Source: Candidatus Poribacteria bacterium
Lineage (GTDB): Bacteria; Poribacteria; WGA-4E; WGA-3G
DNA: 64,000 nt
Assembly: GCA_965198235.1 (NCBI GenBank)
Contig: OZ240248.1
Span: forward strand, 2,208,001-2,272,000
Direction of reading: 5' to 3'
Within the stretch, counting starts at the first letter, position 1. The number at the start of each line of letters is the position of its first letter. The notes below the pieces were generated by a model. The model made no database searches. It was not told where the DNA came from and was given only the letters and a program-made list of their open reading frames with translations. The translations under genes were made by a program, and so were the position numbers. This document shows, piece by piece, positions 1 through 9,975 of this stretch.

Positions 1-2
1 TC

Positions 3-2966
3 GCAGATCTGAACGGTTACGTCAAAGATACTGCCATAGATGCGCTTAATCGTATAGGGGAACCTGCCGTTGCTCCGCTACTTGAGGTGTTGGACACTGG
101 TGCGCGAAACCTCATTCCCGATGAGGACACCGGCTTTGCGACAGAATACCAGTACATCGCAAGTGCTTATATTGATAGTTTGTGGATGAAAAAATATAGG
201 ATCGGAACCTTATCAGCCGCAATCCAAGCACTCGGGTTGCTCAAATCGGGAAATGGGGTAGAGACGCTTATAGACGAGTTGGCAAACGAGGAGTTGCAAG
301 ATGAAGCGTTGGCGGCACTTGTTGAGATGCGCGGCGTTGCTGTGCTACCGATGATTGACGCGCTCAAAAACGGTACAGATAAAATTCGGGTGAAGGTCGC
401 AGATGCGCTTGGACAAATCGGGGACCGGCGCGCAATCGCTCCACTCATTGAAGCATTAGACAGCGATCCATACAAAGAGGTAAAGGCGCTCGCGGCGGTC
501 GGGCTTGGTAATATGCAGGCACGCGGCGAGAATAATAGGGCAGTCATCGCGCTCACGGACGCGCTCTCCTATGACGATACTACCGCGACAAATGCGGCAG
601 AGGCACTCGGAAAAATCGGTGTATCCACAGAAGATGCCGTTCAAGAGTTGATTATCATCGCGATGGAAAAACAGATGCGCGAGACCTTACGCATTGCGGC
701 TCTTACGGCACTCTGGCGACTCAAACCTGAAGCAGCAACACAACCGATGCTACTTCTGATGTTCAGTGACGAGACCAGTCCTGTCATACGTGCGAATGCT
801 GTCAAGGCGTTGAGTCGAATCAAAGCCCCTGAAACTGTCCCTGTATTACTCTGGGTTCTTTCCACACAATTTGACGAAATTTCAGATTTTCAACGCCACA
901 TGAAGCGGACGTACAAAACGCTGGATACGCTCCGAACACAGGTTGACTCCTTTCAGATTCAATGGACTGCTGACTATCCGCGCGCAAACTATCGGACATG
1001 GGGTGAACTCAAACCGATTCCGAGTCTTGTTCGGAGTGAAGTCGCTCGAGCACTGGGTATCATCAAGGAGGACACTGTCGTAGAGCCTCTGGCAAACGCA
1101 CTTCGGGACGATGGGCGCGCAACCGTGCGACAAAGTGCAGCGTGGGCATTCGGTGAAGTCAAGGGTGATGACGCAATCCCGCCGCTGGTTACTGCGTTGA
1201 AAAAGGATAAACAGGGTGCCGTCCGACAGGAAGCAGCAATCGCGCTCGGGAAAATAAAAGGGCAGAAGGTTGTCGCACCGCTGATAGATGTGCTGAAAAA
1301 CGATAAGTATGAAACGACACGCTTCCAAGCAGCAAAGGCACTCCTGGAGATTCAAGCAGGGGATAAAGGGCTTGTTGATATTATCAAGAAGGGCTTAGGG
1401 AGTTTTGATGATGGATACGAGGTCCAATCCGTGCAGGATCAGGCCATCGCCGCATTAATCAAAGATGGAAACATCCCAACAGCCGAATTTGCTCTTGATG
1501 CCCTTAAATCTGCGGATGATGAATGGGTACGATGGGCACTTGTTCATGTGATCGGAGCGACTGGGAAAAAAGTTGCCGTTGATGCAATGTTCGAAGAACT
1601 GAAACACCCGAGTTATGTCGTCCGCAGACGCGCAGCGGAGTCACTCGGTGGTTTCAAAGAGCGTCGGGTTGTTGAACCGTTGATCGTTGTTCTCGAAAAC
1701 ATGGATGAGATGAAGTCCATTCGCGCGGCGGCGGCAGTCTCGCTTGGTGCGCTTAAAGATGAACGTGCCTCCGCACCGCTGCTAACTGCGCTCTCCGATG
1801 AAAATGCCGAAGTCCGATTGCAAGCCGCTGCCGCCTTGGGGAACCTCAAGGATGTAAAAGCGATTCCGCAACTGAGTGAGATTGTTGAAAATCCCTTAGA
1901 GTCGGATACTGTCCGCGATGCTGCCGTAGCAGCACTCGGCAATATTGGTAATAAAGCAGCTGAAGCCGTGCTGATTCGCGCTTTAGATGTTCGAGTCGGA
2001 AATATCTCAGAGAACGCTATTGTTGCTTTGGGCAAACTTGAAAGCGAAACAGCGATTCCCGAGTTAATCGCTATCTTGGAAGACAAGCAAATAGCATTGG
2101 ATGCGAGTACGGATGCGTTGGCTAAGGTTTCTTCCCGAACAAAAGCCGCAACAGCACTTGGTGAGATTGGAGGCACACGCGCCGCTGAAGCGATTGCGAA
2201 ACGACTCGTTGACGATACCGAATATATCGTCGCACTTGAGGATGCCGTAAACAGAAAAGCCATCGGCGCAGATGATCTGAAGCGGAACTGGAGTTGGGAA
2301 GTCTTCGTTAACGCCGCTAAAAAACTCGACTTACCGGCGTTCGTTGCACCAAAAATGGCAGCACGTGCGGAGGATGAATGGGAAAATCACCAAGTCAGAA
2401 ATGCTGCAATGGTTGCTTTAGGCAGGTGCGATACAGATGACATCACTTTGGACATCTCACAACTCAAACAACGATTAGCGGACCCGGATGTGGACACCCG
2501 AAAAGCGACAGCACTTAGCATTGGGCTAGCCGGAATTAGCGAACTCATACCAGAACTCGTTCAGATGATGGAAGGTGAAAACGAAATTGAGAAGGATGTC
2601 CGCCGAGCGGCAACACAGGGACTTGGTGAATTGGCTGATGAAACAACGACCGACGCGCTTATCGCGGTGATGAACAACGATGAAAACCACGTCGAGATTC
2701 GTCGCGATGCCTCACTCGCATTGGGCGAAATCGGGACGGACAAGGCGGTAACGGCGTTGGTGGAAAAACTAACAGCACTCCATGAAGCCCAAATTACGAG
2801 AGGGTTGCGTATTGATATTGTCAAGGCACTTGGCGAAGCCAAAAATGGGAACGCAATGTCAGTGCTTGAATTGGTTCTCCAGGATCAGGACGCAGAGATT
2901 CACTTCCAAGCAGCGGCGGCACTCTTTGAAATTACAGGCGAAGGCTACGGCTATAATCGATTATAG
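3..2966 (+). CDS. Large HEAT/PBS-lyase repeat protein (5'-partial)
   Basis: The frame is open from position 3 (ADLNGYVKDTAIDALNRIGEPAV...), so the gene starts upstream of the window. Many 'VRxxAAxALGxIGDxxAVxxLxxxL' HEAT_2-type repeats. Confidence 0.9.
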   Translation, partial: ADLNGYVKDTAIDALNRIGEPAVAPLLEVLDTGARNLIPDEDTGFATEYQYIASAYIDSLWMKKYRIGTLSAAIQALGLLKSGNGVETLIDELANEELQDEALAALVEMRGVAVLPMIDALKNGTDKIRVKVADALGQIGDRRAIAPLIEALDSDPYKEVKALAAVGLGNMQARGENNRAVIALTDALSYDDTTATNAAEALGKIGVSTEDAVQELIIIAMEKQMRETLRIAALTALWRLKPEAATQPMLLLMFSDETSPVIRANAVKALSRIKAPETVPVLLWVLSTQFDEISDFQRHMKRTYKTLDTLRTQVDSFQIQWTADYPRANYRTWGELKPIPSLVRSEVARALGIIKEDTVVEPLANALRDDGRATVRQSAAWAFGEVKGDDAIPPLVTALKKDKQGAVRQEAAIALGKIKGQKVVAPLIDVLKNDKYETTRFQAAKALLEIQAGDKGLVDIIKKGLGSFDDGYEVQSVQDQAIAALIKDGNIPTAEFALDALKSADDEWVRWALVHVIGATGKKVAVDAMFEELKHPSYVVRRRAAESLGGFKERRVVEPLIVVLENMDEMKSIRAAAAVSLGALKDERASAPLLTALSDENAEVRLQAAAALGNLKDVKAIPQLSEIVENPLESDTVRDAAVAALGNIGNKAAEAVLIRALDVRVGNISENAIVALGKLESETAIPELIAILEDKQIALDASTDALAKVSSRTKAATALGEIGGTRAAEAIAKRLVDDTEYIVALEDAVNRKAIGADDLKRNWSWEVFVNAAKKLDLPAFVAPKMAARAEDEWENHQVRNAAMVALGRCDTDDITLDISQLKQRLADPDVDTRKATALSIGLAGISELIPELVQMMEGENEIEKDVRRAATQGLGELADETTTDALIAVMNNDENHVEIRRDASLALGEIGTDKAVTALVEKLTALHEAQITRGLRIDIVKALGEAKNGNAMSVLELVLQDQDAEIHFQAAAALFEITGEGYGYNRL

Positions 2967-2988
2967 GACAAAAGTAAAGGAGATTTTT

Positions 2989-3312
2989 ATGGCTTTCTTT
3001 GAACTACGACAGTACAGAACAAAACCCGGTCAACGTGAGAATTGGGTGAAATACATGGAGGAAACGATCCTCCCGTTCCAGATTTCTAAAGGGATGGTTG
3101 TGATTGGCAGTTTTATCGGTGAAGAAGAGGACGATCTTTACGTCTGGATTCGCCGTTTTGAGAGCGAAGCACAGCGAGAGCAACTCTACGCAGCGGTTTA
3201 TGAAGATGACCGGTGGGTAAATGAAATCTCACCACGCGTCGGCGAACTGATTGACAGAGAACAAATCGTTGTCACACGACTTGAACCCACTTCACGCTCT
3301 GCACACCAATAG
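2989..3312 (+). CDS. NIPSNAP family protein
   Basis: AAGGAG RBS then ATG at 2989. 107 aa: MAFFELRQYRTKPGQRE...VIGSF...YVWIRRF, a typical NIPSNAP pattern. Confidence 0.85.
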   Translation: MAFFELRQYRTKPGQRENWVKYMEETILPFQISKGMVVIGSFIGEEEDDLYVWIRRFESEAQREQLYAAVYEDDRWVNEISPRVGELIDREQIVVTRLEPTSRSAHQ

Positions 3313-3367
3313 TAGCATAAACTGTTAGTTTGTGCATCCTTTAAAAGTCCATAACGGAGGTGTCTTA

Positions 3368-4114
3368 ATGAGCCCCGAAGAAAAATATCTGTTCGACCTG
3401 TGGGGGTATGTGAATATCGAGAACGTCTTAGCAACAGACGAACTCGCGGAGCTCAATACCCTCATTGATGCACAAGATTACCCAGATCCGGTAGATGATG
3501 AGATCTATTCACAGAGGTTCGGGGGATTCTTGAATTGGGAAAACGGCGCATTCCGCAAACTCCTCAACCATCCGCACATCATGCCGTTTTTAGCAGAGAC
3601 CGTCGGTCCCAAATTTCGCCTGGATCATGTTTACGGCATCTTGATGATAGAAGGCAACCCGGGTGGGACGCTTCACGGAGGCGGCACACCTTATGACCCA
3701 GCGCAGTACTACGTCTTCCGAAACGATCGGATGTACAACGGCTTAACCGTTGTGTCGTGGGCTTTAACGGATATGCTTCCAGAACACGGAGGCTTCTGTT
3801 GTATCCCCGGTAGCCATAAGAGCAACTATCCCTGTCCCGCGGAGTTCCGACCGGTAAACGACAACAAGGTTTGTATGGCACCGGTGCATCAGAAAGCGGG
3901 GGATGTCGTCATCTTCACAGAGGCGATGACGCACGGAACCCTCCCGTGGACTGCCTCGCACGAACGACGCTCAATTCTGTTCAAGTATTCACCCGGACAT
4001 GCCTCGTGGGGACAAGGCAGGCACGACGATGAGCTTCGCAATCTGATGTCAGACGATGACCAGAAGTTGATGCTGGAGCCGCCTTACGTCGCAAATCGGA
4101 AACCAGTGGTTTAG
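3368..4114 (+). CDS. PhyH-family Fe(II)/2-oxoglutarate enzyme (HxG variant)
   Basis: GGAGG RBS at 3356-3360. Motifs 'GGFCCIPGSHK', 'AGDVVIFTEAMTHG', 'RRS'. First iron motif reads LHGG rather than HxD. Confidence 0.85.
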   Translation: MSPEEKYLFDLWGYVNIENVLATDELAELNTLIDAQDYPDPVDDEIYSQRFGGFLNWENGAFRKLLNHPHIMPFLAETVGPKFRLDHVYGILMIEGNPGGTLHGGGTPYDPAQYYVFRNDRMYNGLTVVSWALTDMLPEHGGFCCIPGSHKSNYPCPAEFRPVNDNKVCMAPVHQKAGDVVIFTEAMTHGTLPWTASHERRSILFKYSPGHASWGQGRHDDELRNLMSDDDQKLMLEPPYVANRKPVV

Positions 4115-4154
4115 GGGTGCTGCCCTGTGGAGGTTTTAAACCCCGAATGACCTG

Positions 4155-5300
4155 CTACCAGTCTGCGACGCTGCCATCGGTATCGTAATAAAATTCGCCG
4201 CCGAGCTCTTCTGGATAGGTATCAAGTATCTGCTCCGCTTCCTTTTTATCAATTTCAAAACCGAGTCCCGGCTTTGTTGGCAACGCAATGTGGCCATCTG
4301 TGACTTGCCACTCCTCAGTCAATAACCCTGCCCCCAGACCGTCATCGATCTGTTCCTGAATTAGGAAATTCGGGACAACGGCATCAACATGAAGGGAGGC
4401 GGAAAAGGCAACGGGTCCAATCGCACAATGCGGGGCGATGTGCATATAGTAGACCTCCGCCATGTTCGCAATCTTTTTCAGTTCAGTAATGCCACCAGTG
4501 TGCGAGGTATCGGGCTGTAGGTAAGCGACCGCCTGTTTTTCAAACACCTCTCGGAAGCCCCAGCGGGTAAGCAAGCGTTCCCCAGTCGCGATTGGAAACG
4601 GCACATGGTCGGACACCTGTTTGAGTGCGTCAACATTTTCTTGTGGGATAGGTTCCTCAACAAACATTGGACGCATCCCTTTAAGTTCGTGACAGATCTC
4701 AATTGCAAGGGCAGGGGTCATCTTACCGTGAAAATCGAAGGCGAGTTCGACATCGGGTCCCACCCATTCACGCATAAGGTAGGCACGCTCCACAAATTCA
4801 TCAATCATCGCAGGAGGTTCATGCCCACGCCATTTGCCGCCAGGACCGCTCTTAAACGCTTTGTAGCCACCTTTTTCTTGTAAAAATTCAAGGCGTTCTT
4901 TGGCAGATGCTTTTCCTTCATCTGTCAAACTTCCGATGCCCCAGTGTGCATAAACGCGGATGCGATCGCGCACAGCACCACCCAATAATTCGTAGGCAGG
5001 CACACCGTAGGACTTCCCAGCGATGTCCCACAACGCCTGATCAATACCGGACAAAGCAGACATGAGAATATTTCCACCTCGAAAAAAGGCGGAGCGGTAG
5101 ACATGTTGCCAGTGGTGTTCAATACGGAGCGGGTCTTTGCCAATGAAATAATCGGCAAGTTCTTCGACAGCCGCCCAGGTACTCTTGGGTTTACCTTCAA
5201 GCGTAGTTTCTCCCCATCCGACGATACCGGTATCCGTTGTAATTTTCACGAGACGCATCCGGCGACGTGGGTAGAATTGTTCAATCGTAGCAATTTTCAT
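4155..5300 (-). CDS. dgoD: Galactonate dehydratase (mandelate racemase/enolase superfamily)
   Basis: 'LVKITTDTGIVGWGETTLEG', 'SALSGIDQALWDIAGK', 'FDFHGK', 'FVEEP', 'ATGERL', 'IAPHCAIGP'. Start trimmed to MKIATIE. Confidence 0.8.
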   Translation of the reverse strand: MKIATIEQFYPRRRMRLVKITTDTGIVGWGETTLEGKPKSTWAAVEELADYFIGKDPLRIEHHWQHVYRSAFFRGGNILMSALSGIDQALWDIAGKSYGVPAYELLGGAVRDRIRVYAHWGIGSLTDEGKASAKERLEFLQEKGGYKAFKSGPGGKWRGHEPPAMIDEFVERAYLMREWVGPDVELAFDFHGKMTPALAIEICHELKGMRPMFVEEPIPQENVDALKQVSDHVPFPIATGERLLTRWGFREVFEKQAVAYLQPDTSHTGGITELKKIANMAEVYYMHIAPHCAIGPVAFSASLHVDAVVPNFLIQEQIDDGLGAGLLTEEWQVTDGHIALPTKPGLGFEIDKKEAEQILDTYPEELGGEFYYDTDGSVADW

Positions 5301-5385
5301 TTTTTTAACTATGGCCTCCTGGGTTAAAGAAACGCCCAAGCAAAAACCCCTCCATTTCATTTCGGGCAGGTTTCTGGTTAATTCA
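5301..5385 (-). repeat. Dispersed structured repeat, subfamily B (copy 1)
   Basis: Reverse complement AAACCTGCCCGAAATGAAATGGAGGGGTTTTTGCTTGGGCGTTTCTTTAACCCAGGAGGCCATAGTTAAAAAAA closely matches 11763-11844(+). Confidence 0.8.
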
Positions 5386-5454
5386 AGACTGGGTTGATAC
5401 TGTTTGCGGTAAAACTGAACCGCAAGGAAAATTAAAAATTAGTTACAAAGAACA

Positions 5455-5569
5455 GTAGCCCGTAATGAAATGGAGGGCGAATATACGGGGTGGCACTTCA
5501 AACCCCAAACCTGCCTGACCGAACCGCAAGGAAAATTAGAAATACGAACCGCAAGGAAAATTAGAAATA
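5455..5569 (+). repeat. Dispersed GTAG-hairpin repeat, subfamily A, with duplicated 25-bp tail
   Basis: GTAGCCCGTAATGAAATGGAGGGC...CCTGACCGAACCGCAAGGAAAATTAGAAATA. The tail occurs twice (5520-5544, 5545-5569), with a third copy at 5417-5438. Homologous to 20033-20122. Confidence 0.85.
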
Positions 5570-6915
5570 TGACTTCACAACCCAATGTTCTTTTTATGAT
5601 TGCTGACGACCATCGGTGGGATGCCATCAGTGGCATGGGAGACCCAACAGTAAAGACACCGACGTTGGATTCGCTCATGGCGCGGGGAACTACCTTCCAC
5701 CAAACACATATCATGGGATCCCTCGTCGGGGCAGTCTGTGTGCCAAGTCGAGCTGCTGTCCTTACCAGCGCAAATCTTTTCCGTAGCGGTGGAAACCAGA
5801 TTAACCGAGATTTGGCAGTTTGGCCACAGGTAATGCGCGAGGCGGGGTATCACACATTTTTTAGTGGCAAATGGCACAACGATCGACAAACGTTTACCGA
5901 TAGTTTCGATGACGGTGCTAAGATCTTCTTTGGTGGAATGAGCGATCAATATAAAGTACCAGTTTTCGATTTCGATGCAACAGGAAAATACCCAAGTGAT
6001 GCCAAGTACATTGGAGAAAAGTTTTCTACAGAACTGTTTACAGACGCCGCTGTGCAATTTATAGAAAACTATGGCGAAACGGATCCATTTTTCCTTTACC
6101 TCTCATTTACTTCACCTCACGATCCGAGAACAGCACCGGGAGAATACGCGACGATGTATCCGCCAGAGGATATACCCGTCCCCGAAAACTTCGTCCCGGA
6201 ACATCCATTCGACAACGGCGAAATGCGTATCCGAGACGAAGTATTGGCACCCTTCCCACGCACCCCTGAAATCGTTCAACAACACATCGCCGACTATTAC
6301 GGGATGATTACGCACATGGATACCGAAATGGGGCGCGCGCTAAACGCATTGGAAGCCACCGGGCATCTCGAAAATACAATTATCATCTATACAGCGGATC
6401 ACGGGCTTGCTGTCGGACAGCACGGACTGTTGGGAAAACAGAATCTCTATAACCACAGCATCCGCGTGCCTTCCATATTCGCCGGACCGGGGATCCCCAT
6501 AGGAGAAACAGTTGATGCGTTAACCTATCTGTATGATGTGTTTCCCACTGTCTGCGATCTCACCGATGTCGCCTGCCCGGATACGACTGAAGGGTGCAGT
6601 TTAGTGCCATTGATGAATGGGCGTGTAGATCGGGTGCGCGCGACAGTCTTCGCAGCGTATAGAGATATTCACCGTACCATCAGTGATGGACGGTGGAAAT
6701 TGATTCGTTACTATGTCTCCGAGGAGACGGGTGCCGGCACGGATTGCGTCCAACTTTTCGATTTAGAGCAGGATCCTTGGGAGACGACAAACCTTGTTGC
6801 CAATGATATGAAAAGTCCTGAGCATGCCGACCGTATCCGCTCACTCGCTGCGGATATGAAAATGTGGCAAACCGAGACGAACGATTTCATGAAAGATATA
6901 CCGGTATTGCTGTAG
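5569..6915 (+). CDS. Formylglycine-dependent sulfatase
   Basis: 'PNVLFMIADD', CxPxR motif 'CVPSR', 'GKWH', 'YTADHG', 'GKQNLY'. Start trimmed to MTSQPNV. Confidence 0.92.
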   Translation: MTSQPNVLFMIADDHRWDAISGMGDPTVKTPTLDSLMARGTTFHQTHIMGSLVGAVCVPSRAAVLTSANLFRSGGNQINRDLAVWPQVMREAGYHTFFSGKWHNDRQTFTDSFDDGAKIFFGGMSDQYKVPVFDFDATGKYPSDAKYIGEKFSTELFTDAAVQFIENYGETDPFFLYLSFTSPHDPRTAPGEYATMYPPEDIPVPENFVPEHPFDNGEMRIRDEVLAPFPRTPEIVQQHIADYYGMITHMDTEMGRALNALEATGHLENTIIIYTADHGLAVGQHGLLGKQNLYNHSIRVPSIFAGPGIPIGETVDALTYLYDVFPTVCDLTDVACPDTTEGCSLVPLMNGRVDRVRATVFAAYRDIHRTISDGRWKLIRYYVSEETGAGTDCVQLFDLEQDPWETTNLVANDMKSPEHADRIRSLAADMKMWQTETNDFMKDIPVLL

Positions 6916-6924
6916 CGGGAATAT

Positions 6925-6957
6925 AGGGACGGGTCACCGTGCCCGTCCCTTTTTTTC
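6925..6957 (+). terminator. Rho-independent terminator
   Basis: AGGGACGGG-loop-CCCGTCCCT followed by a T run, between convergent genes. Confidence 0.8.
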
Positions 6958-8103
6958 TTAGTTGGGTATTCCATTTCCGATAACAACCAATCGTGCCGCC
7001 TGCTCCGCTGTGTCAGCGATCAACCGCGATGCCTCTGTAACGGCATTTTCAAGAGACATCGGCTCTTGTACAATGCCTAACATTGCATCAATACCGGCAT
7101 CATAAACGGCTTCAGCCCCTTCAGCGATACCGCCAGCAATCGCAATAACTGGGATGCCGTGTGCTTTTGCGACCTTCGCAACACCGACAGGTGTTTTCCC
7201 AAACACCGTCTGAAAGTCCAGTTGCCCCTCACCGGTGAAAACGACGGCAGCACCTTTTACCCGTTCCTTGAGATTAACGGCATCAATCATAATATCAACA
7301 CCGAGCCGCAATTCGGCATTGAGGAACGCCATCAATCCTGCTCCTAATCCACCAGCTGCACCTGCGCCGGGAATATCATTAAAGGATTTTCCGAGGGTAT
7401 GCGTCAAAATCTTGTCAAAATGTGCGAGATGCCCATCTAACGTTTCGATCATTTCAAGGGTTGCCCCCTTCTGCGGTCCATAGACGTGTGATGCCCCGTC
7501 TGGTCCGGTCAAAGGGTTGTTAACATCACAGGCAACAACGGTTTCGGTTTCGGCAATAGCAGGATGTAAGCCGGTTGCATCTATTGACGTTAATTGTCCA
7601 AGATTCCCACCACCACGTTGAATCTGTTTTCCGTTCGTATCCAGCAATCGGACACCGAGTGCCTCCGCCATTCCAGCACCGCCATCGTTTGTCGCACTCC
7701 CACCGATACCGATAATCAAGCGTCGGCACCCCGTTTCCAGAGCGGCGTGAATAAGTTGTCCAGTCCCATAGGTGGTGGTCCGAAGTGGATTCCGTTCGTG
7801 CGGTTCGACGAGTGTGAGACCGGAGGCGGATGCCATCTCAATAACGGCGGTCTCTCCGTCGGAGAGGATACCGAATTGTGCATCGACCTCGTTTTCGAGT
7901 GGGGCAAGCACACGGCGCGTTTGGAGGTGTCCACCGGTAGCATCAACAAGCGATTGCACTGTTCCCTCGCCACCGTCTGCCATCGGTATTTTCTCAATGA
8001 CAGCATCGGGAAACACGCGGCGGAGTCCCTGCTCAATCGCCCTTGCAGCTTCGAGAGCACTGACACTCCCTTTAAATGAGTCGGGTGCAACTACAATTTT
8101 CAT
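6958..8103 (-). CDS. glxK: Glycerate kinase (class I)
   Basis: 'MKIVVAPDSFKGS', 'PMADGGEGT', 'GIGGSATNDGGAG', 'GAGAAGGLG', 'TGEGQLDFQT'. Confidence 0.93.
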   Translation of the reverse strand: MKIVVAPDSFKGSVSALEAARAIEQGLRRVFPDAVIEKIPMADGGEGTVQSLVDATGGHLQTRRVLAPLENEVDAQFGILSDGETAVIEMASASGLTLVEPHERNPLRTTTYGTGQLIHAALETGCRRLIIGIGGSATNDGGAGMAEALGVRLLDTNGKQIQRGGGNLGQLTSIDATGLHPAIAETETVVACDVNNPLTGPDGASHVYGPQKGATLEMIETLDGHLAHFDKILTHTLGKSFNDIPGAGAAGGLGAGLMAFLNAELRLGVDIMIDAVNLKERVKGAAVVFTGEGQLDFQTVFGKTPVGVAKVAKAHGIPVIAIAGGIAEGAEAVYDAGIDAMLGIVQEPMSLENAVTEASRLIADTAEQAARLVVIGNGIPN

Positions 8104-8110
8104 AGTTGAT

Positions 8111-8139
8111 AATTTACCATAAGTCCCGCGAATTGTCAA
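8111..8139 (-). promoter_or_regulatory. Sigma70-type promoter (leaderless candidate)
   Basis: TTGACA-17 nt-TAAATT, with only 7 nt before the ATG and no SD sequence. Confidence 0.6.
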
Positions 8140-8173
8140 GTTCAGACAGCGCTATGGCAGAGCGATTCTATTC

Positions 8174-8202
8174 TCCTGTAGGAGGGATCTCCGAATCCCG
8201 AC
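8174..8202 (+). repeat. GTAG-class REP-like palindrome
   Basis: TCCTGTAGGAGGGATCTCCGAATCCCGA. Identical inverted copy at 17563-17590 and a variant at 32115-32138. Confidence 0.75.
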
Positions 8203-8212
8203 TTTTTCTAAC

Positions 8213-8241
8213 TTGATCTTTTTATGAGACACGGCTATAAT
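8213..8241 (+). promoter_or_regulatory. Sigma70-type promoter
   Basis: TTGATC-17 nt-TATAAT upstream of the AGGAGG RBS. Confidence 0.6.
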
Positions 8242-8264
8242 AAAATTACTAAAAGGAGGAGCAC

Positions 8265-9032
8265 ATGGACTGGCAATTGGAAGCAACTGTCTCTGATGAG
8301 CAGGTCGAATTTTACAAAGAAAACGGATATCTTATATTTGGACGCATCTTCACAAAAGCGGAGTTGGATACACTTCGAGATTATGTGGACGAGATGATTG
8401 AGAATTTGCCAGAGGGCAGACGTCCTGAACAGATGGATGTCCCACATTTTGAGCACCCATTTTTGTTTAAGTACCTAACGCATCCGCGGGTATTGAAGGT
8501 GATAGAACGGTTTATCGGACCGGATATTGCGCTCTGGTCGAGCCACTTTATTAGTAAACGCGAACACGATGGCATGGCAGTCCCGTGGCATCAAGACGGT
8601 GTATACTGGGGCAAGTCTCTTGAGCCGATGCATGTTATCACGATGTGGCTAGCGGTAGATGAATCGAAAGTTGAAAACGGTTGTATGCGTGTCATTGCTG
8701 GAAGTCATAACCAGCGAGACCGCCGCTATGAAGAGGTAGATCGGAAAAATAACCTTTTCGGCAGTGAAGTCATTGACGCTGACTTGGACGCCTCAAAGGT
8801 TGTCAACTTGGAACTGGAGGTCGGCGATTGCCATTTTCACGATGCGTGGACGATCCATAACTCCAGTCCGAACGTCTCACAGAAACGACGGTGTGGTTAC
8901 ACAATGCGCTACATGCCGGCAAATGTCCGCTACCCGGGTGCAGAATGGAGGCGCGCACATCATATCTATCTGCTGCAAGGTGAAGACAGGACAGATGGTT
9001 TTAACACCTACGCGCCTGTACCGGAATTCTAA
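8265..9032 (+). CDS. PhyH-family Fe(II)/2OG dioxygenase
   Basis: 'PWHQD', 'ENGCMRVIAGSH', 'FHDAWTIHNS', 'RR'. Confidence 0.92.
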   Translation: MDWQLEATVSDEQVEFYKENGYLIFGRIFTKAELDTLRDYVDEMIENLPEGRRPEQMDVPHFEHPFLFKYLTHPRVLKVIERFIGPDIALWSSHFISKREHDGMAVPWHQDGVYWGKSLEPMHVITMWLAVDESKVENGCMRVIAGSHNQRDRRYEEVDRKNNLFGSEVIDADLDASKVVNLELEVGDCHFHDAWTIHNSSPNVSQKRRCGYTMRYMPANVRYPGAEWRRAHHIYLLQGEDRTDGFNTYAPVPEF

Positions 9033-9079
9033 AGATTGCAGGGTCCCTTAAGCACACAGAAAAACGAAAAGGAGGAGTT

Positions 9080-9940
9080 ATGCGTCCCTATTTCGATGTC
9101 CATTGTCACATCGGTATGACGGTATCACGCGCGCCGACTATAGGTCAGAGCGTCGGACGATGTCTCGCCCGGATGGCTTCCGCAGGTGTTATCGGTGCGA
9201 TTCCCTGCCCAACGGGTGGTAGTCCGCAGGCACGTGGTGTATTGGACACGCGCGCACAACACGAGACGATTGCCAACGCATGTAAGCTCTATCCAGAACG
9301 CTTTCCGATTGGACTTGGGATCGCGGAAGTCCGACACGAACAAGCGGGTGCTGACGAATTAGACAGAGCCATGCAGGAAGATGGTTTGGTTGGATTTATG
9401 TGTCATCCTGGATTGTCTGGACATTCACTCGGTGGTGAGCTATACGCGTTCCTTGAAGTCGTAGCGATGCACAACGGATTATGTCTGCTACATCAGGCAG
9501 GTTCCACCCAAAATATTGCTGCTTACGCGCAGCGATTTCCGTCGATAACGTTTATTATCGGGCATGTTTCAATGAATAAAGCCGGACATCTCGATGCAAT
9601 TGCGCAGTGTGGAAAATGCGAGAATATCTGGTTCGATGTAGCACAGAAGCCGGAAGGGGCAGATACGGGTTGGGACCTTGTACACCTCGTCAATAATCTC
9701 GGGAGCGACAGGATTATGTTCGGGAGCGACCTGCCGTATTACAATTTTCGTCTGGTGCAGGCGCAGATTGAATCCGCAGGACTTGATGATGAAACAAAGG
9801 AACGGATTGCCTACCGGAACTCGGCGCGGTTGGTTCAGCAATTCCGGGTAGACTGGATACCGACGTTGACCCCAATAACGCCCCCACAAGTTTACTCTGA
9901 GGCTGAGATGTGGGATGCGAATGGGGCAAGGCTGCGCTAA
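9080..9940 (+). CDS. Amidohydrolase_2 family metal-dependent hydrolase
   Basis: 'FDVHCH', 'IIGHV', 'DRIMFGSDLPY'. AGGAGG RBS. Confidence 0.85.
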   Translation: MRPYFDVHCHIGMTVSRAPTIGQSVGRCLARMASAGVIGAIPCPTGGSPQARGVLDTRAQHETIANACKLYPERFPIGLGIAEVRHEQAGADELDRAMQEDGLVGFMCHPGLSGHSLGGELYAFLEVVAMHNGLCLLHQAGSTQNIAAYAQRFPSITFIIGHVSMNKAGHLDAIAQCGKCENIWFDVAQKPEGADTGWDLVHLVNNLGSDRIMFGSDLPYYNFRLVQAQIESAGLDDETKERIAYRNSARLVQQFRVDWIPTLTPITPPQVYSEAEMWDANGARLR

Positions 9941-9975
9941 CCAGTAGAAGCGATCTCCCAATCGCGACGCAATGG

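Noticed and set aside
2782-2988. N-terminal extensions in the ORF track (also 5470, 22349, 26151, 31184, 48298, 57700)
   Set aside because: Downstream starts fit RBS positions, family N-termini or paralogs better, and the extensions overlap other genes, promoters or repeats.
5301-5385. Known riboswitch upstream of dgoD and ADH
   Set aside because: No aptamer consensus that I recognise, and the same modules recur in unrelated contexts and orientations, which favours a dispersed repeat.
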